Positions 8,641 through 18,703 of a DNA stretch of 64,000 nucleotides are shown one piece after another (position 1 is the stretch's first letter; every line of letters begins with the position of its first letter). A model generated the notes under the pieces. That model was not told where the DNA came from, did not search any database, and saw nothing but the letters and a program-made list of their open reading frames with translations. The position numbers and the translations under genes are program-made. The stretch covers positions 1,404,481 through 1,468,480 of the forward strand of contig OY282383.1 of NCBI GenBank assembly GCA_958295855.1, in the 5' to 3' direction. This DNA is from an uncultured Poribacteria bacterium. Lineage in GTDB: Bacteria; Poribacteria; WGA-4E; WGA-3G.

Positions 8641-10041
8641 ATGAAGCACGTTGGACTAACTATTCTACTTTTGCTCATTTTCGGCACAACCTTTGTTGGG
8701 TGTCACATGATGCGAAACCTCAAGGTGAGGACAGAGAAATATACCGGACCCCAAACCCCTGAAGCCCTCATGGAAGCGTTTGATACCAAGTACAGTGCTC
8801 GGACAGCAGACACAAAGTGGGCTAGTACTGTAGAGAGATCTTATGGCGAAAAACGCAGCATTGCGTTTACGCTGACAGATATGGATACCAAATACCCGCG
8901 CGACGCGTGGCTTCAGATGCTCCTCAATAAAGGTGTAACGATAGAGAATTTCAAGGCTTATGATGACTACCTCAATATACGCTCGGATTTGATTTTGAAA
9001 GAATTTTATCACACCGGATATGATTGGGAAACTGCTAGAACAGCGTATATTGACACCCAGATTCAGGAGTATCAACTTATCAGTGATGCAAAGCAAGCCA
9101 ACCCAGAGGTGAAAGATTGGGTTGTGTTAGGTGAAAACGTGCTGCCTTCTATTCCGGGGATAATTTACGTACGAAAAACGGAATCAGGGGCTAGCATCTG
9201 GTATATGGCAAGTTCCAAAACAACATCAGGGGTGGTCAAGGGCCCGGAACTCTCTGATAAACAGAAGTCGGATTTATTGAATAGAGGGGTGGAGCCGGAG
9301 GGATGGGAAGTTGTCTATCTTGATGAAAAGGGAAACCTCAAGGTGAGGACAGAGAAATATACCGGACCCCAAACCCCTGAAGCCCTCATGGAAGCGGAGA
9401 AATATACCGGACCCCAAACCCCTGAAGCCCTCATGGAAGCGTTTGATACCAAGTACAGTGCTCGGACAGCAGACGCAAAGTGGGCTAGTACTGTAGATAC
9501 ACCTTATTTGGGCGAAAAACGCAGCATTGCGTTTACGCTGACAGATATGGATACCAAATACCCGCGCGACGCGTGGCTTCAGATGCTCCTCAATAAAGGT
9601 ATAACGATAGAGAATTTCAAGGCTTATGATGGGTACCTCAATATACGCTCGGGTTTGATTTCTAAAGAATTTTATCACACCGGATATGATTGGGAAACTG
9701 CTAGAACAGCGTATATTGACACCCAGATTCAGGAGTATCAACTTATCAGTGATGCAAAGCAAGCCAACCCAGAGGTGAAAGATTGGGTTGTGTTAGGTGA
9801 AAACGTGCTGCCTTCTATTCCGGGGATAATTTACGTACGAAAAACGGAATCAGGGGCTAGCATCTGGTATATGGTAAGTTCCACAACAACATCACGGAAT
9901 GGAAGAGCCACATCGGTGGTCAAGGGCCCGGAACTCTCTGAGAAACAGAAGTCAGATTTATTGGATAGAGGGGTGGAGCCGAAGGGATGGGAAGTTGTCT
10001 ATCTTGATGAAAAGGGAAACCTCATCTTGCCGGATAGATAG
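8641..10041 (+). CDS. secreted hypothetical protein, two near-identical ~210-aa tandem modules (paralog of 4019-5284)
   Basis: Signal peptide. Modules at about 8716-9335 and 9336-10020 are about 95% identical at the nucleotide level. They share the TKYPRDAWLQMLLNKG(V/I)TIENF motif. The second module carries a 42-bp microduplication, EKYTGPQTPEALMEA x2. Confidence 0.6.
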   Translation: MKHVGLTILLLLIFGTTFVGCHMMRNLKVRTEKYTGPQTPEALMEAFDTKYSARTADTKWASTVERSYGEKRSIAFTLTDMDTKYPRDAWLQMLLNKGVTIENFKAYDDYLNIRSDLILKEFYHTGYDWETARTAYIDTQIQEYQLISDAKQANPEVKDWVVLGENVLPSIPGIIYVRKTESGASIWYMASSKTTSGVVKGPELSDKQKSDLLNRGVEPEGWEVVYLDEKGNLKVRTEKYTGPQTPEALMEAEKYTGPQTPEALMEAFDTKYSARTADAKWASTVDTPYLGEKRSIAFTLTDMDTKYPRDAWLQMLLNKGITIENFKAYDGYLNIRSGLISKEFYHTGYDWETARTAYIDTQIQEYQLISDAKQANPEVKDWVVLGENVLPSIPGIIYVRKTESGASIWYMVSSTTTSRNGRATSVVKGPELSEKQKSDLLDRGVEPKGWEVVYLDEKGNLILPDR

Positions 10042-10181
10042 ACGTAGAACTTGAAAAGTTGTTAACCCTAAGGGCACCCGCATTTCCACCGGGTGAAAAC
10101 TTTGCGGCTGCCCACCGTAAATAGACAGTTTAATCCGCAATGCCTGTAGAAAGCTATGAACCTAGAAGATCGGAGGTTTGG

Positions 10182-11414
10182 ATGTCCAACCAATTGGCAA
10201 TTTCAGGCGGCACGCCTATACGCAACATAGAAAACAACCCGTGGCCCTCATGGCCGTTAAATACACCTCAAGAATGGGAATCCAAGATTGAGCCACTGCT
10301 CCGGCAAGTGTATCTGAGTGGTAACGAAGGCTCTGGCGGTACAATGATTGAGCGTTTCAGCGAACAATACGCACGGTATTCTGGAACGAACTACGCGCTC
10401 TTTATGCCGCACGGCACCGATTCCATCAGTGCTGCCTTAGCCGGTGCGCTCGACCTCGATGGATTTAGCGATGGCGGAGAAGTCATCGTGCCGAACTATA
10501 CGTTCGTAGCGACTGCAAGCGCGGTCTTGGAACGTCGATGCACCGTAGCGTTTGTAGATATTTCACCCGAGACTTTTACGCTCGACGCCGAGGCTGTTGA
10601 AGCCGCAATTCGGCCCGAAACCCGTGCTATTTTGCCTGTCCATCTCGGCGGGCACCCAGCAGATATGGGGGCACTACAAGAGATTGCCCAACAGCATCAA
10701 CTCGCAATTATTGAAGATTGCGCGCAGGCCCACGGTGCGGAATACCACACAAAAAAGGTGGGATCCCTCAGCGATGTTGGCGCGTTTAGCTTCCAAGCCT
10801 CTAAAAATCTGACTTCCGGCGAAGGCGGCATGGTCACCACGAACGACAAAGACATTCACGACCGGGTTTGTGCCTTTATGAATGTCGGACGGGCACCTGG
10901 CGGCGCGAGATGGGAATATCCACGGCTGGGATGGAATTACCGTCCGTCAGAATATCTCGCTGCGATATTGCAAGTGCGGTTGGAACTCCTGGAAACACAA
11001 ACAGATCTCCGCAATCGGAATGCTGCCTACCTTTCCAACGCGTTGGAGACAATTCCCGGTATCACACCGCCTAAACTTGCCACATGGGTTACCAAACACG
11101 GGTATCACCTGTACTGCTTGAAGTACAACCCTGAAGAGTTCGGTGGCACATCTCGGCAGGAATTTGTGAACGCGCTGTCTGCTGAAGGTATTCCATGTTC
11201 AATCGGCTACCGGTCGCCGCTGTCACAGGAGCCGGGAATGGCACACGTTGCTCAGAAGTACCCACACCTTATCCGGACCTTGCCCTGTCCGAACGCAGCG
11301 TTGGTTTGCGAACAGAGCGTGTGGCTCTTCCAAAACCTCTTCCTCGGTTCCAAGACAGACATGGCCCAGATCGTGGCAGCTATCACTAAAATTCAGCGTG
11401 CATGGCATGAATAG
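10182..11414 (+). CDS. DegT/DnrJ/EryC1/StrS-family PLP-dependent aminotransferase
   Basis: Fold-type I sugar aminotransferase pattern. The family-typical N-terminus ISGGTPIR... is present, and a lysine-containing FSFQASKNLTSGEGG segment marks the PLP site. Confidence 0.75.
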   Translation: MSNQLAISGGTPIRNIENNPWPSWPLNTPQEWESKIEPLLRQVYLSGNEGSGGTMIERFSEQYARYSGTNYALFMPHGTDSISAALAGALDLDGFSDGGEVIVPNYTFVATASAVLERRCTVAFVDISPETFTLDAEAVEAAIRPETRAILPVHLGGHPADMGALQEIAQQHQLAIIEDCAQAHGAEYHTKKVGSLSDVGAFSFQASKNLTSGEGGMVTTNDKDIHDRVCAFMNVGRAPGGARWEYPRLGWNYRPSEYLAAILQVRLELLETQTDLRNRNAAYLSNALETIPGITPPKLATWVTKHGYHLYCLKYNPEEFGGTSRQEFVNALSAEGIPCSIGYRSPLSQEPGMAHVAQKYPHLIRTLPCPNAALVCEQSVWLFQNLFLGSKTDMAQIVAAITKIQRAWHE

Positions 11415-13221
11415 ACCGCGCAGCACACCGCTCCTTGTTTACGATAACGACTGCGATTTTTGCCGATACTGGATTGAGCAGTGGCGGCACGTCACTGGGG
11501 AGCGTGTTCACTACGCGCCCTACCAAGAGGTCTCGGCGCAGTTTCCGCAGATACCGCTTTCAGCATTTGAAACCTCGGTGCAGTTGATTTTGGAAAACGG
11601 AACGGTGTTGAGCGGCACCGAGGCTATCCTGCGTGCCTTGAACAACGGCTGGATGCTCTGGTGCTACTACCACTTGCCCGGGTTCATGAGCGTGACAGAG
11701 GCAGTCTATCGCTTCATTGCACAGCACCGTCCGTTTTTCTCCCGATTGACGCGATGGTTGTGGGGGACACATACTGAGCGAACAACGTTCTGCTTTTCGC
11801 GCTGGCTGTTTCTGCGGGTACTCGGTTGTATCTATCTTATCGCATTTTTTTCTCTGTGGGTGCAAATTCACGGGCTTGTTGGAAGCAATGGGATTTTACC
11901 GGCGGAGCAATATTTGGCAGATGTCCATCAACAAATTGGGACGAGAGGCTATCACCTTTTTCCAACGCTGTTTTGGCTGAATCCGACAGATGCATGCCTC
12001 CATTTTTTGTGTGCTGGGGGTGTTCTTTTATCTTTCCTCCTCATCGCGGGCATTTTTGCTCCTTTCACCTTAGTCGGTTTGTGGGGGTTTTATCTGTCGC
12101 TTGTGACGGTCGGGCAAGTCTTTCTCAGCTTTCAATGGGATGTGCTGCTGTTAGAGGCAGGGTTTTTGGCAATCTTTTTCGCGCCGATGCAACTGCGCGA
12201 TGCATTTACACGTGCTTGGGAACCTTCCTCCGCTTTTTTGTGGCTTTTACGCTGGCTCCTATTTCGCTTGATGTTTGCCTCTGGGTTCGTTAAACTTGCT
12301 AGCGATGAGACATGGCGAAACCTTACTGCCCTCAACTTCCATTATGAAACGCAGCCCTTACCGACGTGGATAGGGTGGTATGTGCATCAGTTGCCCGAGT
12401 GGTTCCACAAAATTTCAGTTATCGGTATGTTTGGCGTTGAGTTAGTCATTCCGTTTCTGATTTTCGCCCCGCGACGTTTACGAACTATAGGGTGTATCGG
12501 ATTGGTTGGGCTACAACTGTTGATTCTTCTGACAGGGAATTACTGTTTTTTCAATCTGCTGACGATTGCGCTGTGTCTACTTCTCATCGACGACCTGACG
12601 TGGAAGAGGCTGCTACCCAAACGGTTCATGCCGGGCATTTGCCCGATCCAACTGCCGCCTCGCCGATATGGACGAATCTGCATAGCAGGTGTGACGGTAC
12701 TACTCTTTCTGTTGAGTAGCATCCGATTCGGTGGGCAACTTTTCAGAGAAGCGCGGCTGCCGGATGTTGCCTGGATCTCGCCATTTCGGAGCGTCAACAC
12801 CTACGGCCTCTTTGCAGATATGACTGAGACGAGGCCGGAAATTGTCGTTGAAGGCAGCAACGACCGGCTAACATGGACAACTTACCAATTTCGATGGAAA
12901 CCGGGTGAACTAACGCGTGCTCCCGGATGGGTCGCGCCGCATCAACCACGACTAGATTGGCAGATGTGGTTTGCTGCTCTCCAAGGGAGTTATCAGAATA
13001 CATCGTGGTTTCTTAATTTTGTGGCGGCACTGCTACAAGGAAAACCTGAGGTGCTGAAATTGTTAGCAGAAAACCCGTTTCCGGACAGACCTCCGCGCTA
13101 TATCCGGGCAACCCTTTACGATTACCGCTTCACCGAAATTGCCACGAAACGTGCGGCGGGAACGTGGTGGGCCCGAGAATGGAAGGGGATTTATTGCCCT
13201 GCAATTTCCCTCCGAAAGTAG
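11407..13221 (+). CDS. DCC1-like thiol-disulfide oxidoreductase (DUF393) fused to lipase-maturation-factor/HTTM-like membrane domain
   Basis: N-terminal LLVYDNDCDFCRYWI, a DUF393 CxxC motif. The remainder is polytopic, with LMF1/HTTM-like W-rich loops. ATGA overlap with the upstream stop gives translational coupling. Confidence 0.6.
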   Translation: MNRPRSTPLLVYDNDCDFCRYWIEQWRHVTGERVHYAPYQEVSAQFPQIPLSAFETSVQLILENGTVLSGTEAILRALNNGWMLWCYYHLPGFMSVTEAVYRFIAQHRPFFSRLTRWLWGTHTERTTFCFSRWLFLRVLGCIYLIAFFSLWVQIHGLVGSNGILPAEQYLADVHQQIGTRGYHLFPTLFWLNPTDACLHFLCAGGVLLSFLLIAGIFAPFTLVGLWGFYLSLVTVGQVFLSFQWDVLLLEAGFLAIFFAPMQLRDAFTRAWEPSSAFLWLLRWLLFRLMFASGFVKLASDETWRNLTALNFHYETQPLPTWIGWYVHQLPEWFHKISVIGMFGVELVIPFLIFAPRRLRTIGCIGLVGLQLLILLTGNYCFFNLLTIALCLLLIDDLTWKRLLPKRFMPGICPIQLPPRRYGRICIAGVTVLLFLLSSIRFGGQLFREARLPDVAWISPFRSVNTYGLFADMTETRPEIVVEGSNDRLTWTTYQFRWKPGELTRAPGWVAPHQPRLDWQMWFAALQGSYQNTSWFLNFVAALLQGKPEVLKLLAENPFPDRPPRYIRATLYDYRFTEIATKRAAGTWWAREWKGIYCPAISLRK

Positions 13222-13314
13222 CAGGCACGCTCCGCCGTGCCGTTGGCCAAACGAAAGTAGCCGGCACACACCGCCGTGCCGTTAAACCATTTCACGAATT
13301 AGATAGGGGAATTT

Positions 13315-14085
13315 ATGCCCAGTCAATTTTTAACCGTCGCGCTAGCGGCAGCCAAAAACGCTGAAGAGATTATCACTGCTTACTACACTGGCGATGCGAT
13401 GAAGGTAGAACTGAAAACTGACGAAACGCCGGTCACCCTCGCCGATACCGAAGCGGAGAAAGCCATCCGTAAAACCATCAAGCAGGCATTTCCCGAGCAC
13501 GGCTTCTTAGGCGAAGAATATGGGATAGAAGAAGGCACATCGCCATACCTCTGGATTATCGATCCCATTGATGCCACAAAAAATTATATCCGAAAAATCC
13601 CGATCTTCGGCACGCAGATAGCACTGATGAAAGGTGAGGAACTTATCCTCGGCGTTTCCAATGCCCCGCTTTTGAACGAACTGCTCTATGCGGAAGCAGG
13701 GGGTGGTGCTTTCTTGAACGGCGAACCCATCCAGGTGTCTAATGTGACACATCCTACAGACGCGATGGTATGCCACGGCGGGCTGAAGTGGTTTACAGAG
13801 AAGGACGTTTTACCCGGCATGTGCAATCTTATCAATGACGTAGCACGCTCCAGAGGGTTCGGCGATTTTTACATGTATCACCTCGTCGCTTCCGCAAGAG
13901 CAGATGTTGTCATTGAAGCAGCTATCAGCATCTGGGACATCGCTGCCGTTACTGTTATCGTGCGGGAAGCTGGCGGTAAGGTAACGGATATGCAAGGAAA
14001 AGCCATTACGAAAGATACTGTGGCAATGGTGGCGACAAATGGAGTCCTGCATAGCGCGGTACTGAACTATTTTAAACCTGCTTGA
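13315..14085 (+). CDS. inositol monophosphatase family protein
   Basis: FLGEEYG, WIIDPIDATKNYI and W-D----I motifs of the IMPase/SuhB family. Confidence 0.75.
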   Translation: MPSQFLTVALAAAKNAEEIITAYYTGDAMKVELKTDETPVTLADTEAEKAIRKTIKQAFPEHGFLGEEYGIEEGTSPYLWIIDPIDATKNYIRKIPIFGTQIALMKGEELILGVSNAPLLNELLYAEAGGGAFLNGEPIQVSNVTHPTDAMVCHGGLKWFTEKDVLPGMCNLINDVARSRGFGDFYMYHLVASARADVVIEAAISIWDIAAVTVIVREAGGKVTDMQGKAITKDTVAMVATNGVLHSAVLNYFKPA

Positions 14086-14104
14086 TTAAGGCTTCAGCCC
14101 TTGA

Positions 14105-14992
14105 CTACCAAAAGGTTCGCGCAAGCCCTGTCCAATCAATTTCAGGACCAAAGGATAGCAGCATATCTGCCCAGTCTGTCCGTTGGAGTGCGTAACCGAG
14201 GGAACGGAGCGGATTTTCATATCTACTTCCTTCGGCGGTTTGCCATACGCGTGGTGAAGGAATCGCTGCCTCTACTGACGTGATAATCTCCACCGGGTCT
14301 TCATCTGGGACCATCGGCTCACGAATCAATCCCTGCGGACGATGTTCTGAGGGTTCATCCCATTCTGCATAACCGACGATGCTTGCTCCGCGACGCAAGA
14401 CACGATACTGCTTCATATTGTATTGATGCACCTCCGGGGACTGAACATTCCAATAGACAGGAAAATTCTGACTCGCCCACCTCTTTTTAAGTTGATGTAA
14501 GATATCGAAATCATTACGGTTCACCTCTGTCCATTTGAGCAGAGAGGAATTTGGACGTGGCGAGAGGTGCGTTCGTAACTCTCTGGTAACCTCCTGATAT
14601 CCGACTTTCTGATACAATTGATAGGCTTTCGCAGTCTCCACATAAAGAATGCTTCCCCGATAGCCTTTTCTCTTAAAGTATGCATTTAGATCCCGCATCA
14701 AGCGGGTTGCGATACCTTGACGGCGCATGTTGGGGGCAACAAACATAACTGTTACCATCCCAAATTTTTGAGGCTTGCCCTCAAAAAACAAAAAAGTTCG
14801 TGAACCAAACACATGTCCAACAGCCCTTTCATTGACGAATGCCAAACGAATCCCTTCTGGTTCAAGGTCTGCGTCAAATTTCTTTTGGTAGTAGTCTTTA
14901 CTGATACTGAATTGTTCTGCTGGTAACAACAACGCTAAAATAGCATCGTCATCACCGGGCCGCCAATGTCTGTAAATAATTCTATCGCGCAT
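14105..14992 (-). CDS. GNAT-family N-acetyltransferase
   Basis: Acetyl-CoA-binding motif RRQGIATRLM together with a GNAT-like beta-strand pattern. Confidence 0.6.
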   Translation of the reverse strand: MRDRIIYRHWRPGDDDAILALLLPAEQFSISKDYYQKKFDADLEPEGIRLAFVNERAVGHVFGSRTFLFFEGKPQKFGMVTVMFVAPNMRRQGIATRLMRDLNAYFKRKGYRGSILYVETAKAYQLYQKVGYQEVTRELRTHLSPRPNSSLLKWTEVNRNDFDILHQLKKRWASQNFPVYWNVQSPEVHQYNMKQYRVLRRGASIVGYAEWDEPSEHRPQGLIREPMVPDEDPVEIITSVEAAIPSPRVWQTAEGSRYENPLRSLGYALQRTDWADMLLSFGPEIDWTGLARTFW

Positions 14993-15146
14993 GAATCTCC
15001 TTTGTTATTGGTAAAATACGTATTGAATTCCTCTATCAATAGAGCTTCACCTAATACACAGAACCGGATGCACTTTTTCGCGAGCCGTTTACCGATTTGA
15101 TCTTTCTATAATTGCCGTGTTAAAACGACTAAGTGGAAAATCTTCC

Positions 15147-15176
15147 TTGAATTGTTATGTGGGTATGTGCTATACT
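15147..15176 (+). promoter_or_regulatory. candidate sigma70 promoter TTGAAT-18-TATACT
   Basis: Located upstream of the cyclase-family gene. Confidence 0.35.
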
Positions 15177-15217
15177 ATACAAATAACAGATTAAAAAAAG
15201 AGAGTGAGAAACACAAA

Positions 15218-15910
15218 ATGCACCTTGCCACCTGTGTGAAAGATCAAAATGTGCTAGATCTGTCTTATGTCGTTGACGAAAATAGCCCATGCGAACTGCC
15301 AATTGATCCGGCCAAAATTTATGACCAGGCGACGTTGGAGAAAGATGGTTATTTTGAAAGCCGAGTCGACATGTCCGGACACTACGCCACGCATATGGAT
15401 GCCCCCTGTTTAATGTATCCCGGTGGGGCTACCATCGCCGAAATTCCGAAGGAGAAGCTGACCGGGCACGCGGTGTTGATGGACTTTTCTGCAATTAAGA
15501 AACCGAATGACGCTGTGACGGTTGAAGATATTAAAGCGTGGATAGCTGAAAACGGCGAGATTCCAGAGGGGCACATCGTTTTTATGCGAACGGGAATGGA
15601 TAGATTTGTCTATCAGGATAGTTTCAACAAACAGTGGATCGGATTCAGTAAAGATGCTGCCGAATTGCTCGTCCAAAAAGGTATAAAGGTTATCGGCACT
15701 GATGCCTGCAGCATTGACTCGGTGGCGGGCCATCCACCCTTACACGATGGGTTACCCCCAGCACACCTCGTCTTTCTTGGCGCGGGCATTCCACATGTTG
15801 AAGATCTGTGCAATTTAAGTCAATTACCGACGCACTTCTATGTGGTAATTGCCCCGCTGAAATTGGCGCGCAGTTCCGGGGCTCCCACGCGTGTCTTCGC
15901 ATTTGTATGA
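15218..15910 (+). CDS. cyclase-family protein (kynurenine formamidase-like, PF04199)
   Basis: HxGTHxDAP-type motif (SGHYATHMDAP) together with a downstream conserved His and Asp. Confidence 0.7.
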   Translation: MHLATCVKDQNVLDLSYVVDENSPCELPIDPAKIYDQATLEKDGYFESRVDMSGHYATHMDAPCLMYPGGATIAEIPKEKLTGHAVLMDFSAIKKPNDAVTVEDIKAWIAENGEIPEGHIVFMRTGMDRFVYQDSFNKQWIGFSKDAAELLVQKGIKVIGTDACSIDSVAGHPPLHDGLPPAHLVFLGAGIPHVEDLCNLSQLPTHFYVVIAPLKLARSSGAPTRVFAFV

Positions 15911-16187
15911 GTCTTCTCTTTTTTTTAGCCCAAACCTCCACTGAGATTTTTCGTCCCAGCTCGGGTTGCCAGGCCATTCAAGACGTATCTGTTTGTTTTT
16001 TCAAAAAGCAAGTAGTTTTGGACACTGGCATGTGGTTTCCCCTGCTTTGCAGGGGTTAATACCACCTTGGACAAAACGGGTTCAGTTGCAATCCCCGCTT
16101 TGCGGGGAAAACAACGATAACGCCGAGGTTCTGCTTTGCTAATTTTACTTTACCGAGCACTTGGCGAATTGTTGACAGCACGAAAAA

Positions 16188-17642
16188 ATGACACCAAAAA
16201 TTCCTGCACCTTTCGCGAAACTCTTACGGGAAATAGGCGAAGTGGGCGGAAAGGCAACCTACCTCGTTGGCGGATTTGTCCGCGACCTTCTGCTCAAGCG
16301 GCCGAGCCTTGACATTGATATTGTCGTGGAAGGGGATGCAATCCGAGTAGCAGAAGCGATGCAGCGTCGGTGGAACGGCACCTTGCGGGTGCATACGCAG
16401 TTTAGGACTGCAACCGTCACGCCCGCAAATCCTGACTATCCAAAGGTTGACTTCGCCACCGCACGCCATGAAACTTATCAATGCTCTGGAACGTTACCTA
16501 GTGTGGAATCAGGAAGTATCTCGGACGATTTGCAGCGGAGAGACTTTTCGATCAACGCCTTGGCGATGCGGTTAGATGCTGAGGCTTTTGGAACTATTGT
16601 TGATGAAACGGGCGGGCTTGCCGACCTGACGGATGGCGTGATTCGGGTTCTCCACAAGCGGAGTTTCATGGATGATCCAACCCGTGTTTTTCGCGCATTG
16701 CGGTATGCAGGACGCTACCAATTTCGGATTGCAGAAACCGATAAGTTTCTTATTCGGGAGGCACTCCCGGTATTGGCACAGCTGAGTGGAGAACGCATAC
16801 GGAACGAGATTGACAGGGTGCTTCTGGAGGAGAACGCCCCACAGATCGTGCAACAGTTCACACAGTTCGGCATAGCTGATGCTATCTTTGCAGGATGGCA
16901 GATATCCCCCGCGTTTGCTTGCGAATTCCAGGCAGCACAGCGGGCACTAACGTGGGCATCGCAGCACCTCGCGGATGAAGCGTTTCGACCTGTCCTTGTG
17001 CGATGGATGGCATTTTTCGGCAAAACAGTGCCGATATATCAGATTGAGGCAATCAGTTTTAGGCTCGTGTTGGAACATCAACTCCAACGATTGGTGAGTC
17101 ATGCCCAAGCGTTTCGACATGGTGTCTCACTTGAAAAAGTGACGCAATCTGCCTTTGAGAAACTCGGATTCCCGCTGGCGCAGAACGCCCGGGTTGAATA
17201 TCAAAACGGGAAGTGGCACATCGTCGACGCTGAAAACAGAGCCACTTACATAATTGGGGATGGGAACCTTTATCGGGTGGATACACCGCTAACTGCCTAT
17301 CGTCAATTGACACCGATATTGGAAGCTTTAACGGAAGTTACTGCGCCGGGAAGGATTTATCAATTGCTGAAACCTTATCCACTTGAAGCGTTGGTTCTGG
17401 CGTATCTCGATGAAACTGTGCCACACCCGAAGCGCGAAAAGGTCGGGAATTATCTACAGAATTTACGGAAGATACGCCCATTTATCACGGGACGAGACCT
17501 AATTCGGTGGGGCGAAAAGCCCAGTAAAACCTTTGAGACGTTGCTGGCGGAGTTATTCGCGGCACAATTAGATGGAAAAATCACCACAAAATCGGAGGCA
17601 TATTGCTGCCTGCAGAAAGTCAAGAGAGCTGCTAATCTATAG
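16188..17642 (+). CDS. cca: tRNA nucleotidyltransferase / poly(A) polymerase family protein (CCA-adding-type head domain), paralog 1
   Basis: GGFVRDLLL...DIDIVV class II NTase motifs, RRDFSINA and DPTRVFRALRY. Confidence 0.75.
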   Translation: MTPKIPAPFAKLLREIGEVGGKATYLVGGFVRDLLLKRPSLDIDIVVEGDAIRVAEAMQRRWNGTLRVHTQFRTATVTPANPDYPKVDFATARHETYQCSGTLPSVESGSISDDLQRRDFSINALAMRLDAEAFGTIVDETGGLADLTDGVIRVLHKRSFMDDPTRVFRALRYAGRYQFRIAETDKFLIREALPVLAQLSGERIRNEIDRVLLEENAPQIVQQFTQFGIADAIFAGWQISPAFACEFQAAQRALTWASQHLADEAFRPVLVRWMAFFGKTVPIYQIEAISFRLVLEHQLQRLVSHAQAFRHGVSLEKVTQSAFEKLGFPLAQNARVEYQNGKWHIVDAENRATYIIGDGNLYRVDTPLTAYRQLTPILEALTEVTAPGRIYQLLKPYPLEALVLAYLDETVPHPKREKVGNYLQNLRKIRPFITGRDLIRWGEKPSKTFETLLAELFAAQLDGKITTKSEAYCCLQKVKRAANL

Positions 17643-17739
17643 GGCAATCCATCTGTGCTTCCGTGGTCAATTATCAGTTATCGGGTAAAGAGCCATCTGA
17701 TGCACATCAGAAACCACTTTTAACCAAGAAACGAAAAAC

Positions 17740-18414
17740 ATGTTTAATCCATACCTAGCAATTCTTCGGGTGACGCAGTTCATTATCCTATTAACCTTTC
17801 ACGAGTGGGGGCACGCGAAATCTGCCAATATGCTCGGCGACCCAACTGCACGCGACCAGGGGCGCATGTCACTGAACCCGGCCGTGCATATCGATGCGAT
17901 TGGAACGCTTTTGCTACCCTTGCTTGGTACGCTCTTTGGCGGTGCGTTCTTTGGCTGGGCGAAACCAGTGCCAGTCAACCCTTACAATCTCAAAAATCCC
18001 AAAAGGGACATGATGCTTATCGCAGCGGCCGGGCCCTTCATGAATATTGTCTTGACTTTCGCTATTTTCTTGAGCATTAGATTGCTCAATGAATTTCTCG
18101 GTTTTCCGGTCTCCGGTTCCGCAATACAACGTGAGATTTTCAGGCAGTTAAGTATGTCCGCGTTGATTAGTGTTTTTCTCGCTGCTTTTAACATGCTCCC
18201 ACTTTTTCCTTTAGACGGCTTCAGTGTCGTACAGGGTTTGCTCCCGGGGCGCGCTGCACACCAGTTTGCAAAACTGAGCCCTTATGGAATGCCGATTCTG
18301 ATGTGTCTTATTTTTGTACCCGGACTTCTTGGGATACCCAATCCGGTATTCGGATTCCTAGGAATTGTCAGTTATGCTGTCCTCAATCTGATCCGGTCGA
18401 TAGTCGGGTTGTAA
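17740..18414 (+). CDS. site-2 protease (M50-like) family membrane metalloprotease
   Basis: HEWGHA zinc motif in a TM helix, with polytopic topology. Confidence 0.65.
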   Translation: MFNPYLAILRVTQFIILLTFHEWGHAKSANMLGDPTARDQGRMSLNPAVHIDAIGTLLLPLLGTLFGGAFFGWAKPVPVNPYNLKNPKRDMMLIAAAGPFMNIVLTFAIFLSIRLLNEFLGFPVSGSAIQREIFRQLSMSALISVFLAAFNMLPLFPLDGFSVVQGLLPGRAAHQFAKLSPYGMPILMCLIFVPGLLGIPNPVFGFLGIVSYAVLNLIRSIVGL

Positions 18415-18592
18415 TATGTAATCAATTTATTGCACAGGACTTACGCAAGTTTTGGAGTCGCTGTTTGAAACTCAGATCTGCACTTTTTTCGTCTTTCCTT
18501 ACTGTAGCTCTCGTCGGATGTTTCTGATGCAACGATTTTAAGACGAAACGTCATTTACTGAAATTAACCATGTGATTCCAGACCTATCCTGC

Positions 18593-18703
18593 CAATGGTA
18601 TTTGCCCCTGCTTTGCAGGGGTTTCATACCAAGTTGTGAATTTTGATGAACAACTTTTTTATTTCTTACTTATGCTGATTTCTCGGCAAGGAATATCGAA
18701 AAA
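18593..18703. repeat. composite: A hairpin + E terminator hairpin (reverse) + D-left (reverse) ending in RBS/ATG of scpA
   Basis: ccaatggtatttgcccctgctttgcagggg ... aagttgtgaattttgatgaacaacttttttatttctt ... ttctcggcaaggaatatcgaaaaaATG. Confidence 0.75.

Noticed and set aside
8665-9762. Minus-strand ORFs 8665..9096 and 9274..9762 (143 and 162 aa), plus similar mirrored ORFs at 6442..7261 and 4402..5112
   Set aside because: These are antisense artefacts created by the internal tandem duplications of the plus-strand genes. The near-identical protein pairs simply mirror the plus-strand repeats.
11248-11406. N-terminal 53-aa extension of the DCC/LMF gene (track start 11248), overlapping the aminotransferase
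   Set aside because: The family-typical N-terminus MNRPRSTPLLVYDNDCDFCRYW begins at the in-frame ATG at 11407. That ATG overlaps the upstream stop in a classic ATGA coupling arrangement. The extension lies inside the DegT coding sequence.
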